DNA of 63,999 nt, counting the filler. It is 4 parts of 4 records of this genome, joined end to end, with 100 filler letters (N's around TTAATTAATTAA, not from the genome) between each part and the next. Parts side by side here need not be neighbours in the genome. Positions count along the whole stretch, not along the records: positions 16,484 to 40,663 come from DRR378314_950; 3 more parts are not named here. One strand, 5' to 3'. A program made the translations under genes and the position numbers. The notes under the pieces are model-generated. The model was not told where the DNA came from. It did no database searches and saw only the letters and a list, made by a program, of their open reading frames with translations. Positions 18,995-30,530 of this stretch are shown here, piece by piece (positions within the stretch are counted from its first letter, which is position 1; every line of letters starts with the position of its first letter).

Positions 18995-19996
18995 ATGGAC
19001 AAAGTAAAAGAGATCGTATCGGAAATCAACAAAGGAAACCCAAAACCTATTTATTTTTTAATGGGGGAGGAGCCTTATTATATTGACCAAATTTCCAAAT
19101 TCATAGCAGCAAACATTCTCACGGAAGAGGAAAAGGGCTTTAACCAGATGGTGCTGTATGGAAAAGATACCTCTATTGATGATGTGGTCTCCAATGCCAA
19201 ACGTTTTCCAATGATGGCACAATACCAAGTGGTTATTGTTAAAGAAGCGCAGCACCTTTCCAGAACCATCGAAAATCTTGTTCCCTACGCAGAGAACCCA
19301 CAGCCGACCACAATTTTGGTAGTTTGCTACAAGTACAAAAAATTGGACAAACGAAAAAAACTCTACAAAACCATAAAAAAGAATGGGGAGCTTTTTGAAA
19401 GCAAAAAATTGTACGATAATCAAGTAGCGGATTGGATTCGAAGAATTTTGGCCAGCAAGAATTATAGGATATCACCAAAATCTTGTGTGATGCTGGTGGA
19501 GTATTTGGGCACTGATCTTAGTAAAATAAGCAACGAACTGGATAAATTGATGCTGATTGTTCCCTCCACCACGGAAATTACTCCTGAGTTGATTGAGGAG
19601 CACATAGGAATCAGCAAAGACTTTAATAATTTTGAGCTAAAAAAGGCGATAGGCGAGCGTAACGTGCAAAAAGCATCTCGAATCATAGATTATTTTGCCC
19701 AAAATCCCAAGGACAATCCATTTGTAGTGACCATAACGTTATTGAATACTTTCTTTACACAGTTGTTGCAATATCACGGACTTAAGGACCATTCCCCCGG
19801 AAATGTTGCCAAAGTCTTGGGAGTAAACCCCTATTTTGTAAATGAATATGTAGTGGCAGCGAAAAACTACCCTATGAAAAGGGTGAGCGGTGTTATATCC
19901 AGTCTTAGAACTTTGGATTTAAAGGGCAAAGGGGTCGGTGCCAACAATATGGCCCAAGCTGATTTGCTGAAAGAACTGCTTTCGGAAATACTGTAG
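18995..19996 (+). CDS. holA: DNA polymerase III delta subunit
   Basis: PIYFLMGEEPYYID, FNQMVLYGKD, VIVKEAQ, GTDL...NEL.KL and IGISKDFNNFEL motifs. Confidence 0.93.
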   Translation: MDKVKEIVSEINKGNPKPIYFLMGEEPYYIDQISKFIAANILTEEEKGFNQMVLYGKDTSIDDVVSNAKRFPMMAQYQVVIVKEAQHLSRTIENLVPYAENPQPTTILVVCYKYKKLDKRKKLYKTIKKNGELFESKKLYDNQVADWIRRILASKNYRISPKSCVMLVEYLGTDLSKISNELDKLMLIVPSTTEITPELIEEHIGISKDFNNFELKKAIGERNVQKASRIIDYFAQNPKDNPFVVTITLLNTFFTQLLQYHGLKDHSPGNVAKVLGVNPYFVNEYVVAAKNYPMKRVSGVISSLRTLDLKGKGVGANNMAQADLLKELLSEIL

Positions 19997-19998
19997 CA

Positions 19999-20376
19999 TT
20001 ACCTTTTGTCCACGCTATATTTACCAGGTCCCAATAGCATAATAACCACAAATACGGTAAGGTAAAGCAAAGCTTTTTCCTTTGTTGCGAATGGGTCTGC
20101 ACTGTGAATCATAAAACCGGCAACAAACATGGTTATGGCCGTAGGTATGGCAGCCCAACGGGTTTTAAAACCGATGATGATCAATAATGGACATATGAAT
20201 TCACCGACCACGGCCAAAAAAAGGGATGGAGCTTGGCCTATACCGAATGGATTGGCAAATTCTGTGTTTCCGTTAATCAATTTCATAAGTTTTGGGTAAC
20301 CATGGGTTATCATAAAAACAGATGGTACAACTCTTAAAATTGCTAGCCCAAGGTGCACAAGTGTATTATTTTTCAT
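19999..20376 (-). CDS. DoxX family membrane protein
   Basis: LRV...HG..KL, E...LL.IGFKTR.AA and GPGKYSVD motifs. Confidence 0.88.
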   Translation of the reverse strand: MKNNTLVHLGLAILRVVPSVFMITHGYPKLMKLINGNTEFANPFGIGQAPSLFLAVVGEFICPLLIIIGFKTRWAAIPTAITMFVAGFMIHSADPFATKEKALLYLTVFVVIMLLGPGKYSVDKR

Positions 20377-20474
20377 GTGGGGAAATTTTAATCCACGTGA
20401 AAATATAAATTAAGTTTTAAAAAACGGAAGATTAATTGATGAAAAGTGTTTCCGAATTGACGGATGTGCAAAAG

Positions 20475-22886
20475 CTACCTGAGTTCTGGATAAGATTTAG
20501 GGTCCGCCTCGTGCATGATTTGATAAACTTTCTCAAAAATATCCTCAGCACTAGGTTTGGAAAAATAATCTCCATCTGATGCATATGCAGGGCGGTGCGC
20601 CTTCGCGGACAAGGTCTGGGGTGCGCTGTCCAGAAACTTGTAACCACCTTGCTTCTCGACCACTTCTTGCATTAGGTATGCGGAGCAGCCTCCTGGAACA
20701 TCTTCATCGATCACCAAGAAGCGGTTGGTTTTTTCAAGGCTTTTAACTACATCATGCCCCAAATCGAATGGGAGCAGGGATTGGGCATCAATAACCTCAG
20801 CGTCTATGCCGACTTCCAGCAGATCGTGGGCTACTTTTTCTACAATTCTTAATGTTGAACCGTAGGATAACAGGGTAATATCAGTGCCTTCTTTGAGTGT
20901 TTCAACTTTACCGATCGGCGTACAGAACTCTCCTAAATTGGAAGGTTTCCTTTCTTTTAAACGATATCCGTTTAAGCTCTCAATGATCAAAGCAGGCTCA
21001 TCGCTTTTCATTAAAGTGTTGTAAAAACCTGCTGCCTGCGTCATATTTCTAGGGGCGAGAACATACATACCTCGCAACAAATGAATCAAACCTCCCATGG
21101 GCGAACCAGAGTGCCAAATTCCTTCCAAACGGTGTCCCCGGGTACGTACTATAAGTGGTGCTTTCTGTTTTCCCACTGTTCGGTACATCAAAGTGGCCAA
21201 ATCATCACTTAAGGTTTGAATGGCATACAGAATGTAATCCAAATATTGAATTTCGGCAATGGGACGCAATCCTCGCATGGCCATTCCGATTCCTTGACCG
21301 ATAATGGAGGTTTCCCGTATTCCTGTATCGGCTACTCTTAAATCCCCATATTTCTTTTGAAGGCCTTCGAGCCCTTGGTTGACATCTCCGATATTACCGG
21401 TATCCTCTCCAAAAACCAGAGCTTCGGGATATTTACGGAACAATACATCAAAGTTATCCCTCAAGATAACTCTTCCATCAACCTCATCGGCATTGTCGGA
21501 ATAGGAGGGAAGCACGGGCTCTATTTTTGTGGCCTTATTGCCGACTTCGTTGTAAAGGTGCGATCCATACTGATAATCGTTGGTTGCTATAAAATTATCC
21601 ACCCACTGCTGAAGCTGTTTTTTCTGCGAAGTAGATTCTCCCAAGAGGTAACGAAGTGCTTGTCTTGATTTTGAAGCCAAATCTTTTTTAAGGGGTTCTT
21701 CAAGAGCAATCAAATCATTTTTCAACTTGTTGATGAAAGTTCGGTTAGGACTTTGGTTCGCGACATTTTCAAGCAATTGTACCAGTTCCTTTTTAGCTGT
21801 TAATTGGGGTTTTAAAAATTCGGACCAAGCTTCTTTTTTGGCAGCACGTACTTTAAGCTTTATTTCACGCTCCATCTTTTTGAGTTCTTCTTCGGTGCAG
21901 ATGCCATTTTCAATGACCCATTCCCTAAAACGCTTGTTGCAATCATTTTCACGTTCCCATTCCAAGCGTTCAGGTGACTTGTACCTTTCGTGTGACCCAG
22001 AGGTAGAGTGTCCTTGTGGTTGGGTGAGTTCGGTAACATGAATTATAACGGGCACATGGCTCTCGCGAGCGATGTCCGAAGCGTTTTCAAAAGCATGGAT
22101 AAGTGCGGTGTAGTCCCAGCCTTTCACTTTTAAGATTTCGAAGCCTTCGTGGTCATCGTCTCGTTGGAATCCACTTAGGGCCTCGGAGATATCACCTTTG
22201 GTGGTGTGGTATTCGGATGGTACAGAAATACCATATTCATCGTCCCAAATACTGATGACCATGGGAACCTGCATTACGCCTGCGGCATTTAATGTCTCAA
22301 AAAAATGGCCTTCGCTGGTACTCGCATTTCCTATGGTGCCCCAAGCTACTTCATTTCCATTATTGGAGAATTTGGTCTGATCAATTCCGTCTACGTGTCG
22401 ATATATTTTGGATGCTTGGGCCAAGCCGAGCAAGCGGGGCATTTGACCTGCCGTGCAGGAAATGTCCGCACTACTGTTTTTTTGCTCAGTTAGGTTTTTC
22501 CAGGAACCATCTTCGTTTAAGCTATGGGTTACAAAGTGGCCTCCCATTTGCCTTCCGGCGCTCATCGGTTCTTTTTCCAAATCTGTTGTGGCGTAAAGTC
22601 CGTGGAAGAAAGCTTTGGGGCTCAAGTAGCCCAATGCCATCATAAAGGTTTGATCTCGATAATATCCACTTCTAAAATCACCGTTTTGGAACGCCCTGGC
22701 CATAGCCAATTGTGGTAGTTCTTTACCGTCTCCAAAAATACCGAACTTGGCTTTTCCAGAAAGTACTTCACGTCTTCCCATTACACTGCATTCTCTGCTG
22801 GTGACAGCTGTCTCATAATCTTGGAGGATTTGAGATTTAAAGTCATCAAAGGAAATATCGTTACTAGTGCTAGGGTTAGGTTTCAT
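20475..22886 (-). CDS. Fused alpha/beta E1 subunit of a 2-oxoacid (probably branched-chain) dehydrogenase
   Basis: GYYRDQ, TPP-binding GNASTSEG, GHSTSG, FGED.G, DT.I.E, EIQYLDY and a transketolase C-terminal region in one 803-aa ORF. Confidence 0.9.
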   Translation of the reverse strand: MKPNPSTSNDISFDDFKSQILQDYETAVTSRECSVMGRREVLSGKAKFGIFGDGKELPQLAMARAFQNGDFRSGYYRDQTFMMALGYLSPKAFFHGLYATTDLEKEPMSAGRQMGGHFVTHSLNEDGSWKNLTEQKNSSADISCTAGQMPRLLGLAQASKIYRHVDGIDQTKFSNNGNEVAWGTIGNASTSEGHFFETLNAAGVMQVPMVISIWDDEYGISVPSEYHTTKGDISEALSGFQRDDDHEGFEILKVKGWDYTALIHAFENASDIARESHVPVIIHVTELTQPQGHSTSGSHERYKSPERLEWERENDCNKRFREWVIENGICTEEELKKMEREIKLKVRAAKKEAWSEFLKPQLTAKKELVQLLENVANQSPNRTFINKLKNDLIALEEPLKKDLASKSRQALRYLLGESTSQKKQLQQWVDNFIATNDYQYGSHLYNEVGNKATKIEPVLPSYSDNADEVDGRVILRDNFDVLFRKYPEALVFGEDTGNIGDVNQGLEGLQKKYGDLRVADTGIRETSIIGQGIGMAMRGLRPIAEIQYLDYILYAIQTLSDDLATLMYRTVGKQKAPLIVRTRGHRLEGIWHSGSPMGGLIHLLRGMYVLAPRNMTQAAGFYNTLMKSDEPALIIESLNGYRLKERKPSNLGEFCTPIGKVETLKEGTDITLLSYGSTLRIVEKVAHDLLEVGIDAEVIDAQSLLPFDLGHDVVKSLEKTNRFLVIDEDVPGGCSAYLMQEVVEKQGGYKFLDSAPQTLSAKAHRPAYASDGDYFSKPSAEDIFEKVYQIMHEADPKSYPELR

Positions 22887-23043
22887 AGACCGTTCAAGAT
22901 TTCTGCGAAAATACTAAAAATCCGTCAAAATTGCAATATGTTGTTTCGTTAATAAAATACAAATTAATCAAAAACACTAAAAATAAATTGAAGTATCATC
23001 AATAAAAGTGTTCAAAACCAACATTTGATTATCAAATTGTTAA

Positions 23044-25878
23044 TCAAAACCACTTTCGTGTAAACAGTCCAACAAGTGTTCTAGGGCTTAAGGTAACCAC
23101 AAAGCGTATCCGTTGTGTATAGTTGTTTTGGGCAATTTCCCAACCTCTGTTGGAGTATACGGGAAAATATAGTTCAAAGTAATCTGTGACCAAATTCAAA
23201 CGAATACCGGAGTCGTAGACAAAGCGCGCACTTTCCCCTTTGTTTTTTATGAAACCTAGGTCTCCGTAGGCCTCTACCCATCTCCAAATATTGGTGCTCG
23301 CATTGGTGGTGGCGATCCAGTCGTTGGCAAATGGATTTTCCAGTTTGGACTTAAAGCCTCCTTCTGCAATTATTACTTGTTGGCTATAAATCCCTGAGTC
23401 TTCAGATCGTCCTAAATAAGCCAGGTCAAACATATAATCGGTTGGTCTATCCAATGCAAAGCTGAAGAAATTTGATTCTGTTTTGTTCCGTAAAAATTTA
23501 CCAGCATAAAAACGGAGATTCAGCTGTCTGTTACTTTGAAACAACTTGCGATAATCCCATTCAAAAGCAATTTTGGTAAAGTCGCTGGAATGTTGTGCAT
23601 CTATATACCAAGAGGAATAGTTCAAGATATTGTTGTCAACATCGGTGAATCGCACATTCATCACACTGTAATCGGGATCGGTATCCAATTCGCCGACCAA
23701 ATTATCATCAATGGTTCTAAATACGTTTCTATATCTGAACATCAAATATTGCCTACGGTTGGAGAGTAGGTCGTTGGGGCGCCATCCAAAACTAATTGCA
23801 GGCGTTAATGTGGAGACCCTGGAGTTTACCTGAAAGTGCGAGGTGGAACCCGAAAATGAATAATTGGAAACGAAAAGACCGGTTTTATTATGGTACTTCC
23901 GGTATCTAAGCCCTGCTTTTCCCACCAAAGTTTTTTCTAGAAAGGAATAGGTGGGGGCTATATCGTATTGAAAGGGTCTTTCCAGAAAGGTTTTGTTGTA
24001 TAGCCTCATCCCTGGTGTTACGCCATCGTATAGGTTGAAATTAACGATCGGAACATAAAAAACCTGATTGTAATAAGGGTCTTCGGTATCTTTAAAAAAT
24101 TGAAACTTCAATTTCTTGTTGCTCGAAAAGAAACCATTTAAGGTTTTCCAATTATCCCGCTGATTGAATTCAGGAATTTTTTGATCATAATTCAACACCA
24201 AACGATCTTCATTCCCTCGTGGAATTGTAAAACTTTTGGTTGAGTCTATATCGGTAAACCAATACTGCGATACCACGGAGTCATTTTCAAGCCCAAAAAG
24301 AGATATCGGTACATTGGTTCCCCGTTTATTTTTTAGAACAAAAGTGATGGAATCTTCGGTCTTTTCAACTTTCTTGATTTTATAATCAATTTTTTTGTCC
24401 GTAGCAACGTACTCGTCAAAAAACCAATCCACTTTCTTATCTGCATACTTTTCAATGGTCTTTTTAAAATCGACAGCGGATACTTTTTGTTTTTGTTTGT
24501 AATTTTTGAAAAAATCCAATACAGTGCTATCTATTTTCTTTTCACCCAAATATGCCGATAGATAGGACATACCGAGCCCAGCTTTGTACCCATTGGCAAT
24601 TTTTTGGTTGAACTTGATCAGTGAATCATTGGAGGTTGTTAAGGCTTGATCGATATTCTTACGCGCCGATAGCATACTGAACAAAGAATATTGTTCATTA
24701 AAATCCATTTGGGCCAGGTGGAAGTTTTTCAATCCCCAGATATTGGAAAGTTTTCCGATCAGTTTTTGATCCGGATAATGTTCATCCACATACTTGATCA
24801 TTAGATAGAAGCCAATAGCATCGTTTACCCAACGTTCCTTTCGGGGATCTAGGTAAAGTGACTCCTTCAAATAACTGCGAATAGCTGTTTTTAAGAACTT
24901 CATTTCAAATTGAAACTGCTCTTCGTAGGGCCTAATAAACGATGGAAGTTGACTTACTCCGTATAATGGAGATCTGTTGTAGTCAAGCTCACTGACCAAA
25001 AGGTTGTCATGAGGATATTCCCCTAAATTTTCATAGAGGAACTGTGCGATTTTATTAATGGATATTCCTTGGGATATTTCTTCATACTTATTGGATTCTA
25101 AATCGGTGGTGATGGTGACATAATCCGTGACGTGTTTAGTAAACTTATCAGTGATGGTAAGAATGATTTCACAGCTTTTTCTGTTGTCCCCGATCAGTTG
25201 TACATGTTGCCCGCCAGGAAAGTTGGAAATACTGGAATTACGGTAGTTGGATGCCAAGAACAACCGCTCGGGATACGTAAAATTTATTCTGGTCTCTGTA
25301 ACATCCGTATAAAGATCATCAAGGTTTATGTTGTTGTATAGCTTCCATCCGTCATCAAAAACAGCTGGGGTAAAGTACCAATCCTTTAAATTGTAACCAA
25401 GGTTATCATTATGTCCGTAGCCCGTAAATTTTGCTTCGGGCAATCTAATGGTGTAGGTGAAGAACAGCTGTATGGATTCACCGGGCTTAAGGATTTCATT
25501 CAAATTTACCCTAATGATATCAACGTTCCCTTCTCTCTTCCAGTCCAGTCCGGTATAGTTGTGGTCCACAATACTTTTGATGGTTGTCTTGCCCCTTTCA
25601 CGGTCCTTGGCCAAGTGAAGACTTCTGTTGAACTCTTCCCCGAAGCGTTTTGCAAGCGCCGTTTTTTTATTGGAATATGCATGATTCCAATCGTTGAAAT
25701 AGAGGGTGGAAAGCCCCTTGTCCGATCGGTTCACATAGGTAAAATGTTGGCGAATACGTATTTGATTGGTGGGACCATCGAGTGTGGCCACTATCTCATT
25801 TTGGTGCTGGCCCCATAGGTTGGGGCAGCCCATAATAATTAGTAACACCAGGCTAAGTAATATGCGATGGTCGATCAA
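23044..25878 (-). CDS. Exported M1/gluzincin-like protein with C-terminal beta-rich (barrel-like) region
   Basis: Signal-like N-terminus (start inferred at TTG 25878; ORF open to 25932), M1-type N-domain, G.YP and W.FD.Y. The aromatic-rich C-terminus ends in WF. No HEXXH found. Confidence 0.65.
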   Translation of the reverse strand: MIDHRILLSLVLLIIMGCPNLWGQHQNEIVATLDGPTNQIRIRQHFTYVNRSDKGLSTLYFNDWNHAYSNKKTALAKRFGEEFNRSLHLAKDRERGKTTIKSIVDHNYTGLDWKREGNVDIIRVNLNEILKPGESIQLFFTYTIRLPEAKFTGYGHNDNLGYNLKDWYFTPAVFDDGWKLYNNINLDDLYTDVTETRINFTYPERLFLASNYRNSSISNFPGGQHVQLIGDNRKSCEIILTITDKFTKHVTDYVTITTDLESNKYEEISQGISINKIAQFLYENLGEYPHDNLLVSELDYNRSPLYGVSQLPSFIRPYEEQFQFEMKFLKTAIRSYLKESLYLDPRKERWVNDAIGFYLMIKYVDEHYPDQKLIGKLSNIWGLKNFHLAQMDFNEQYSLFSMLSARKNIDQALTTSNDSLIKFNQKIANGYKAGLGMSYLSAYLGEKKIDSTVLDFFKNYKQKQKVSAVDFKKTIEKYADKKVDWFFDEYVATDKKIDYKIKKVEKTEDSITFVLKNKRGTNVPISLFGLENDSVVSQYWFTDIDSTKSFTIPRGNEDRLVLNYDQKIPEFNQRDNWKTLNGFFSSNKKLKFQFFKDTEDPYYNQVFYVPIVNFNLYDGVTPGMRLYNKTFLERPFQYDIAPTYSFLEKTLVGKAGLRYRKYHNKTGLFVSNYSFSGSTSHFQVNSRVSTLTPAISFGWRPNDLLSNRRQYLMFRYRNVFRTIDDNLVGELDTDPDYSVMNVRFTDVDNNILNYSSWYIDAQHSSDFTKIAFEWDYRKLFQSNRQLNLRFYAGKFLRNKTESNFFSFALDRPTDYMFDLAYLGRSEDSGIYSQQVIIAEGGFKSKLENPFANDWIATTNASTNIWRWVEAYGDLGFIKNKGESARFVYDSGIRLNLVTDYFELYFPVYSNRGWEIAQNNYTQRIRFVVTLSPRTLVGLFTRKWF

Positions 25879-25888
25879 TGCGATGCGA

Positions 25889-26581
25889 TTAAAAATTGGG
25901 ACTAAGCGTTCTGCCTTTATAAAAGGCATCAATTATCTCAACGACTTCATCCTCGGTGTCTACCAATCTGATCAGGTCAAGGTCTTTTGGGCTAATGTTC
26001 CCCGCTTCGACCAAAGTGCCCTTGATCCAATCCATTAAACCTTTCCAAAACTCGGTTCCAACCAGTATGATAGGGAAGGTATGTATTTTATGGGTTTGTA
26101 TCAGGGTGAGGGCTTCAAAGAATTCATCCAAGGTTCCGAAACCTCCGGGCATTACCACAAACCCCTGTGAATACTTAACGAACATTACCTTTCTAACAAA
26201 AAAATAGTCGAAGTCAAGGCTTTTGTCATCATCAATAAAAGGATTGTCGTGTTGTTCAAAAGGCAGGTCAATGTTCAATCCTACGGAAGTGCCGCCTGCT
26301 AAATTGGCACCCCTATTACCTGCCTCCATAATTCCTGGCCCGCCCCCGGTGATTACACCATATCCGGCTTCGGCTATTTTTTGGGAAATCTTAACGGCTA
26401 AATCATAATACGGATGTCCTTCACGAACCCTTGCCGATCCAAAAATGGATACACAGGGTCCGATCCTGCTCATTTTTTCAAAACCATTGACAAATTCGCC
26501 CATAATTTTAAATATGGCCCACGAATCGTTCGTCTTGATTTCATTCCATCCTTTGGAATGTTGTTCTTTTCGCATTTGCAT
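25889..26581 (-). CDS. LOG family (TIGR00730) nucleotide monophosphate phosphoribohydrolase
   Basis: VSIFGSAR, TGGGPGIMEA.N, FFVRK and PGGFGTLDE motifs. Confidence 0.92.
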   Translation of the reverse strand: MQMRKEQHSKGWNEIKTNDSWAIFKIMGEFVNGFEKMSRIGPCVSIFGSARVREGHPYYDLAVKISQKIAEAGYGVITGGGPGIMEAGNRGANLAGGTSVGLNIDLPFEQHDNPFIDDDKSLDFDYFFVRKVMFVKYSQGFVVMPGGFGTLDEFFEALTLIQTHKIHTFPIILVGTEFWKGLMDWIKGTLVEAGNISPKDLDLIRLVDTEDEVVEIIDAFYKGRTLSPNF

Positions 26582-26595
26582 AGATGTGTATTGTT

Positions 26596-29457
26596 TTAAA
26601 CTGCGCGTTTTATTTTTTGTTTTGTACTATCCAGTTCTTTCTTTAAAAACTTGGCGGTATAACTCTTCTTGTCCTTGGCCACTTCTTCAGGGGTGCCCGA
26701 TGCAACAACTGTTCCACCGCCTCGTCCGCCTTCGTAGCCAATATCGATGATATGGTCCATCATTTTGATGACGTCCATATTGTGTTCGATTACCAAAATG
26801 GTATTGCCTTTGTCCACCAATCGTTCGAGCACTTCCAAAAGCACTCTTATATCTTCAAAATGTAGGCCTGTGGTCGGTTCGTCGAGGATGTAAAATGTGT
26901 TTCCAGTGTCTCTTTTGGAAAGCTCTGTGGCCAACTTTACCCTTTGGGCTTCACCTCCGGATAGGGTGGTGGATTGCTGTCCTAGAGATATATAACCCAA
27001 ACCTACGTCTTTTATTGTCTTAAGTTTACGATGAATTTTTGGAATATTCTCAAAGAAATCCACGGCTTCGTTGATAGTCATCTCCAACACATCCGCAATG
27101 GATTTTCCCTTATAGCGAATTTCTAAAGTTTCCCGGTTGAATCTTTTACCATTGCAAGTCTCACATTCCACGTACACATCAGGCAAAAAGTTCATCTCAA
27201 TTACTTTTAAGCCTCCACCTTGACAGGTTTCGCATCTTCCGCCCGCCACATTAAAGCTGAAACGCCCCGGTTTATAGCCACGTATAGCAGCTTCGGTGGT
27301 TTTGGAAAACAAGGAGCGAATTTCGCTAAAAACTCCGGTATAGGTAGCTGGATTGGAGCGAGGGGTTCGTCCAATAGGGGATTGATTGATGTCGATAACC
27401 TTATCAATGTGCTCCAGTCCTTTAATTTTTTTATAGGGCATCGGTTTTTTTACGCCGTTAAAATAATGTGCGTTCATAATAGGGTAGAGGGTTTCGTTTA
27501 CCAAAGTGGACTTGCCACTTCCTGAAACTCCCGTAACCCCGATCAATTTTCCCAAAGGGAAATCCGCCGTCACATTTTTTAGATTATTGCCCGTACAACC
27601 CGAGAGCGTAATTTTTTTACCGGTCCCCTTGCGACGTGTTGCTGGAACAGGTATTTCAAGCTCGCCCGTGATGTATTGTGCTGTTATGGTGTGCTGGCCA
27701 ATCAATTCTTTTGGACTTCCTTCGGATATAATTTCCCCACCGTGTTTTCCTGCTTTGGGACCGATATCGATAACATGGTCGGCACTTTCGATCATATCGC
27801 GGTCGTGCTCCACCACAATAACGGAATTGCCTATATCGCGCAGTGCTTCCAAGGATTGAATCAATCGTTCATTGTCGCGTTGGTGCAGACCAATGCTGGG
27901 TTCGTCCAAAATGTAGAGCACACCCACCAATTGCGAACCTATTTGTGTGGCCAATCGAATACGTTGCGCCTCACCGCCGGACAAAGATTTGGAGCCTCGG
28001 TTCAATGAGAGGTAATCCAGTCCAACATCCAACAAAAAACCAACACGGGCTTTGATTTCTTTGATGATTTCTTCTGCAATTTTCTTCTGATTCCCTTCCA
28101 ACGTACCTTCCAAATGTTTGAAGAAAGCAGCAAGTTCGGCAATATCCATCTGTGCCAGTTCGGCAATGTTTTTGCCATCTATTTTAAAATAGAGCGACTC
28201 CTTTCGCAAACGAGAACCATCACAACTTGGACATTCCACTTTGTCCATATAATCTTTGGCCCAACGTTTTATGGAAGTAGAGTTGGCTTCTTCGTACTGG
28301 GTTTTGATGAAATTGGAAATGCCTTCGTAATCAATTTTATACTGTCTTTTTACGCCAAGACTTTTGGAGTCCACCTCAAAACTTTCCTTGCCACCGTTCA
28401 AAATAACGTTCATGGCTTCTTCTGGAATCTTTTCTATAGCATCCGTTAGTTCAAAATTGTAGCGTTGTGCAATGGTTTCCAATTGTTTGAAGGCCCAGGA
28501 TTTTTTGTATTCTCCCAAAGGCGCAAGTCCACCGGATTTGATGGATATTTTTTTGTTGGGGATGATTTTGTTTTCGTTTACTTGAAACACATGGCCCAGG
28601 CCACTGCATTCTGGGCACATTCCCTTCGGTGAATTAAATGAAAATGTGTTAGGTTCGGGAGTAGGATAGGAGATGCCCGATGATGGGCACATTAAATCCC
28701 GACTAAAATATCGGGGCACTGTTTCGCCCTCTTCCAAAACCATAAGCACATTGTCTCCACTGTACATGGCCGTATTGATGGTTTCGCTCAAACGTTTGTG
28801 GAAATCTTCGCTATCGCCCACCTTTAAGCGGTCAATAACAATCTCGATGTCGTGGGTTTTATAACGATCCACCTTCATTCCTTTGGTGATGTCGGTAATC
28901 TTACCATCAACGCGAACCTTTACAAAGCCTTGCTTTGCAATCTGCTCAAAAAGTTCGCGGTAATGTCCCTTTCTGGACTTGATCACAGGAGAGAGCACAT
29001 TGATTTTTTTGTCTATATACGACTCAATAATCAAATCTTTGATTTGCTCATCGCTGTAGCTTACCATTTTTTCGCCCGTATTATAACTGTAGGCGTCTCC
29101 AGCACGGGCGAAGAGTAAGCGCAAGAAATCGTAAACTTCGGTAATGGTGCCCACGGTAGATCGGGGTGATTTTGAAGTGGTCTTTTGTTCAATGGCGATT
29201 ACTGGGGAAAGACCGTCAATTTTATCCACATCGGGTCGTTCCAGACCACCCAAAAATTGCCTGGCGTAGGCCGAAAAGGTTTCAATGTATCTGCGTTGGC
29301 CCTCTGCGTATATGGTATCGAAGGCTAAAGAAGATTTCCCACTCCCCGAAAGTCCCGTGATGACCACCAGTTTTTCGCGTGGAATGGTAACGTCAATATT
29401 TTTTAGGTTATGGACCCTTGCGCCCTTAACCTCAATATGTTCTTCGTAATTGATCAT
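26596..29457 (-). CDS. uvrA: Excinuclease ABC subunit A
   Basis: GAR.HNLKN, two Walker A motifs ([16 protein letters not shown]), two LSGGEAQR signatures and CxxC zinc fingers. Confidence 0.97.
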   Translation of the reverse strand: MINYEEHIEVKGARVHNLKNIDVTIPREKLVVITGLSGSGKSSLAFDTIYAEGQRRYIETFSAYARQFLGGLERPDVDKIDGLSPVIAIEQKTTSKSPRSTVGTITEVYDFLRLLFARAGDAYSYNTGEKMVSYSDEQIKDLIIESYIDKKINVLSPVIKSRKGHYRELFEQIAKQGFVKVRVDGKITDITKGMKVDRYKTHDIEIVIDRLKVGDSEDFHKRLSETINTAMYSGDNVLMVLEEGETVPRYFSRDLMCPSSGISYPTPEPNTFSFNSPKGMCPECSGLGHVFQVNENKIIPNKKISIKSGGLAPLGEYKKSWAFKQLETIAQRYNFELTDAIEKIPEEAMNVILNGGKESFEVDSKSLGVKRQYKIDYEGISNFIKTQYEEANSTSIKRWAKDYMDKVECPSCDGSRLRKESLYFKIDGKNIAELAQMDIAELAAFFKHLEGTLEGNQKKIAEEIIKEIKARVGFLLDVGLDYLSLNRGSKSLSGGEAQRIRLATQIGSQLVGVLYILDEPSIGLHQRDNERLIQSLEALRDIGNSVIVVEHDRDMIESADHVIDIGPKAGKHGGEIISEGSPKELIGQHTITAQYITGELEIPVPATRRKGTGKKITLSGCTGNNLKNVTADFPLGKLIGVTGVSGSGKSTLVNETLYPIMNAHYFNGVKKPMPYKKIKGLEHIDKVIDINQSPIGRTPRSNPATYTGVFSEIRSLFSKTTEAAIRGYKPGRFSFNVAGGRCETCQGGGLKVIEMNFLPDVYVECETCNGKRFNRETLEIRYKGKSIADVLEMTINEAVDFFENIPKIHRKLKTIKDVGLGYISLGQQSTTLSGGEAQRVKLATELSKRDTGNTFYILDEPTTGLHFEDIRVLLEVLERLVDKGNTILVIEHNMDVIKMMDHIIDIGYEGGRGGGTVVASGTPEEVAKDKKSYTAKFLKKELDSTKQKIKRAV

Positions 29458-29473
29458 AAATCATAGCAAACTT

Positions 29474-29481
29474 CAAATGTA
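29474..29481 (-). promoter_or_regulatory. Bacteroidota -7 promoter element for uvrA
   Basis: TACATTTG on the minus strand matches the TAnnTTTG consensus, 16 bp upstream of the start. Confidence 0.55.
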
Positions 29482-29565
29482 GCGATTTGGGATGTAAAAA
29501 GGAAGCCGATGCCCATTACCATTTTGATAAAATAAACAGTAAGTTTATCAGATAAAATTTTAAAA

Positions 29566-30465
29566 ATGAACCCTAAGTTTTTGTTTCCACGTATTTTGAC
29601 TTTTCTTGTATTTTTCTACGGTCTTGCCTTTGGTTTTGGTCAGACCCGGCAGGTAATTGTTGATGCCGACACAGGGAACGAGGTGGATGATTTTTATGCA
29701 CTGTCACTTATTTTGGCCGACTCCAGCGCAAAGGTTACCGCTTTGAATGCCGCACATTGGCAAACGAGCCATTGGGCGGTAAAACAGACTATGGAAAACA
29801 GTCATCGCCTAAATCAGCAATTATTGGGTGAAATAGGATTGCAGGTAAAAACACTGCGGGGAGGCCATGCTCGTATGTACGATTGGGGGGATAGGGCGCA
29901 ACACTCGGCAGCAGCTTACGAAATAATAGAGCAAGCAAAACAAAATAAAAAAGTGACGGTCATAGTCCTTGGTGCATTGACCAATGTGGCATCAGCTGTT
30001 TTTATAAGTCCCGAAATTGCTGAAAATCTCAAGGTGTACTGGCTGGGAACAACCATGGATTTTGACACGAAAGTGCTCAAAAGAAATGATTTTAATTCTT
30101 TGATGGATCCATTTGCACTGGATTACTTGTTGGACTCCAAGGTAGATATGAACATAATGCCCATAAATGTGGCCGTTGATATGGAGATTGAATATGAAGA
30201 GCTTTCTCAAGCCATTGGAAAAACAAAATTTGGTAAATTTTTGATAAAACGCTGGGATGACCATTTGGATGGTGCCCGAAAAAGCAGGGTTTTGTGGGAT
30301 TTGGCATTGGTCTCGGTGTTTTTAAATCCTGAATTTGGCAAAACAACCATCGTGCAAACATCTCGGGATAGTGGAAATCGTGCCATAACCTACTACAACC
30401 ATATTGATGCGAATGCGATTTACCAAGATTTCTACAAAGTGTTGTCAGCTTTTGAAAAACGGTAG
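29566..30465 (+). CDS. Nucleoside hydrolase (IU-NH family) with signal peptide
   Basis: IVDADTGNEVDD Asp box, LGALTNVA, DFN...DP.A and LWD motifs; hydrophobic N-terminus. Confidence 0.85.
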   Translation: MNPKFLFPRILTFLVFFYGLAFGFGQTRQVIVDADTGNEVDDFYALSLILADSSAKVTALNAAHWQTSHWAVKQTMENSHRLNQQLLGEIGLQVKTLRGGHARMYDWGDRAQHSAAAYEIIEQAKQNKKVTVIVLGALTNVASAVFISPEIAENLKVYWLGTTMDFDTKVLKRNDFNSLMDPFALDYLLDSKVDMNIMPINVAVDMEIEYEELSQAIGKTKFGKFLIKRWDDHLDGARKSRVLWDLALVSVFLNPEFGKTTIVQTSRDSGNRAITYYNHIDANAIYQDFYKVLSAFEKR

Positions 30466-30530
30466 TTTTTGAAGAAAAATGGTTTTTGAAATGTATAAAT
30501 TAGCGTTTTAATTAAGTAAAGAAAATCAAA

